The notes beneath the pieces were generated by a model. That model searched no databases. It was given only the letters and a program-made list of their open reading frames with translations, and was not told the origin of the DNA. From Lytechinus pictus (taxonomy: Eukaryota): a stretch of 64,000 nt of DNA. A program made the position numbers and the translations under genes. Location of the stretch: contig NC_087252.1 of the NCBI RefSeq assembly GCF_037042905.1, forward strand, positions 11,100,001-11,164,000, written 5' to 3'. Position 1 is the stretch's first letter, and the number at the start of each line of letters is the position of its first letter. Positions 63,437-64,000 of the stretch are shown piece by piece.

Positions 63437-64000
63437 CTAAAAATCATAATAAATAAAAATAGGTAGTTGTGCATTCTTTTTTAAAATCCAAATACAGTTT
63501 AGGAAATTGCGCTCGCTTTGATATTTGAAGTAGTGAAAAATAACTAAAATAATAAGAAAAACATGAAAAGTTTCCGATGAAGAGAAAATAAAGGACATTA
63601 TGAAATCCTTATAGTACGCTACGTTTTGACTGCCTAAAACAATGAGACGGACAACTGGGTTGAAGATGGGTGTCCACGTTTTCCTCATGAACCATGTTGA
63701 GCAACTCATTTCCCGAATTCTATTCAATGAATTCAATTCAATGGGGCAAGGGGGAGTTTACACAAATCAGACATCAAGATAAGACTGGGATACAGACAGT
63801 GACAAAGTACGTGGTAGTTAGTACACAGTGGGTGATTTCAAGCCCGGCGTTGGCCTTGGTGTTGAAGTTGAAATTTGGATTGCTTTCCCAAGCTCCAAAA
63901 CTTATTCAGAGTTTGTAAACTGATCCAGATCACATTACTGAAATCTCAACAACGAGTAAGTGACTTTTCGGGACCATCTTCATTTAATGTTTGGTGTTAT

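Overview
AT-rich, intron-containing animal genomic DNA; the repeat repertoire suggests an echinoderm such as a sea urchin (inference only). Three spliced protein-coding genes can be assembled by hand. (1) A minus-strand multi-C2H2 zinc-finger gene, exons 17472-16176, 7218-7099 and 4084-2040, about 1153 aa. (2) A plus-strand rolling stone-like membrane protein, exons 21411-21491, 29004-29247 and 29648-30336, 337 aa. (3) The 3' part of a minus-strand TRPC-like channel, 8 exons between 63436 and about 56194, with an EWKFAR TRP box and an unusually long S3-S4 insertion. The rest is dense with non-autonomous DNA transposons (TTAA/AGG Kolobok-T2-like, 8-bp-TSD hAT-like, 9-bp-TSD Mutator-like, CACT-ended, Harbinger-like), tRNA-derived SINEs and LINE 3' stubs. 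The most notable structure is invisible in the ORF track: a ~7-kb DIRS1-type tyrosine-recombinase retroelement (7730-14696) in a zinc-finger intron. Its inverted terminal repeats and internal complementary region (ICR, which spells out the circle junction) are near-perfect, and it integrated at AATT. Its apparent RT/RNaseH/MT/YR coding remnants are almost erased, suggesting an old coding-dead element still mobilised in trans. A ~10-kb foldback/MITE pile-up at 39.5-50 kb interrupts what may be an orphan spliced transcription unit.
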